Shown here one piece after another: positions 63,379-64,000 of a stretch of 64,000 nucleotides of DNA. The notes beneath the pieces were generated by a model. That model saw only the letters and a list, made by a program, of their open reading frames with translations, did not search any database and had not been told where the DNA came from. The first letter of the stretch is position 1. The number at the start of each line of letters is the position of its first letter. The position numbers were made by a program, and so were the translations under genes. The stretch is from Vicugna vicugna (taxonomy: Eukaryota). Location: the NCBI GenBank assembly GCA_013265495.1, contig MU058153.1, positions 560,001-624,000 on the forward strand, in the 5' to 3' direction.

Positions 63379-63440
63379 AAAGAGCCTTTTATTTGATCTG
63401 AATATTTAAAAGAAAGAGCCTTTTACGTGATCTGAATATT
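63379..63440. repeat. Tandem duplication, 34-bp period
   Basis: aaagagccttttatttgatctgaatatt and aaagagccttttacgtgatctgaatatt (26/28 identical). Confidence 0.9.
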
Positions 63441-63889
63441 CACTGACTCAGTTTAATCTGCCCTCCTATACAAGAAGAGTGAAAATGCTAGGGAAACTGT
63501 ACCCGCACTGAGAGAGCACTCCCGAATTAGACAGTGTTAAGCAGAACTGCTGGAAGGTTCTTCTGGCTCTCGGGCTTTTGCTCTCCTATGACTTAGCAGT
63601 TCCCCTCCCTCATTTCTGAGTGATGTGTTTGTTCTCCCCAACATGTCAACGGTTTCAGTGAGGTGACAGTCCGCTCCTCTTTTCTTCTTAGACATTGGTC
63701 TGCTTTAGGTGCCATCCTATTTCTGTTAGAATCTGTTATGTGTTTATTTCAAAGTTTAACTCTGAGAAGGCCAACGTTCTTCCCCTAATTTCCAATTTTT
63801 GAGTCACTCCACTGACAAATCTGACTTAAATAGATTTTGGTTGAATTTATCAGTGTTTTCCTAAGTGCGATCGTGAGCTGGATAGTATA

Positions 63890-64000
63890 TGATAGCATGG
63901 GATCAAGGGTGAATTTTCTGAGTTTGGGAGGAATAAAAGGGCATGATGTTTGCAACTTACTCTCAAATGGTCTACCCAAAACACAAATAAATAAAAACAA
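63890..64000 (+). mobile_element. Old L1MC-type 3' UTR fragment, running off the window
   Basis: aaagggcatgatgtttgcaacttactctcaaatggt. Confidence 0.6.

Noticed and set aside
1..64000. Prokaryotic-type systems (CRISPR array, operons, defence islands)
   Set aside because: The sequence is mammalian with typical interspersed repeats; there is no repeat-spacer array or dense ORF packing.

Overview
AT-rich, CpG-depleted mammalian genomic DNA, most likely from a camelid, because it carries tRNA-derived vic-1-type SINEs. There is no intact host protein-coding gene, RNA gene or CRISPR array. The background is ordinary repeat landscape: a young 5'-truncated L1 with an uninterrupted 672-aa ORF2 C-terminus, older L1 fragments, L2, MIR, L3, MaLR and ERV1 solo LTRs, Tigger/hAT/mariner MITEs and microsatellites. 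The main non-routine observation is a series of more than 15 exon-like blocks on the + strand from about 1.0 to 28.2 kb. Most have AG/GT splice sites, mutually compatible intron phases and protein-like translations broken by stops and frameshifts. Together they look like a decayed intron-containing (unitary-type) pseudogene of a large, probably extracellular protein. Remnants suggest GCC2/GCC3 (ephrin-receptor-like) Cys repeats, an internally repeated module, an Asp-box motif and a LamG/pentraxin-like motif. I do not recognise it as any functional mammalian gene, and a translated homology search is needed to identify it. Repeat family names come from recalled consensus similarity, not from a RepeatMasker run.
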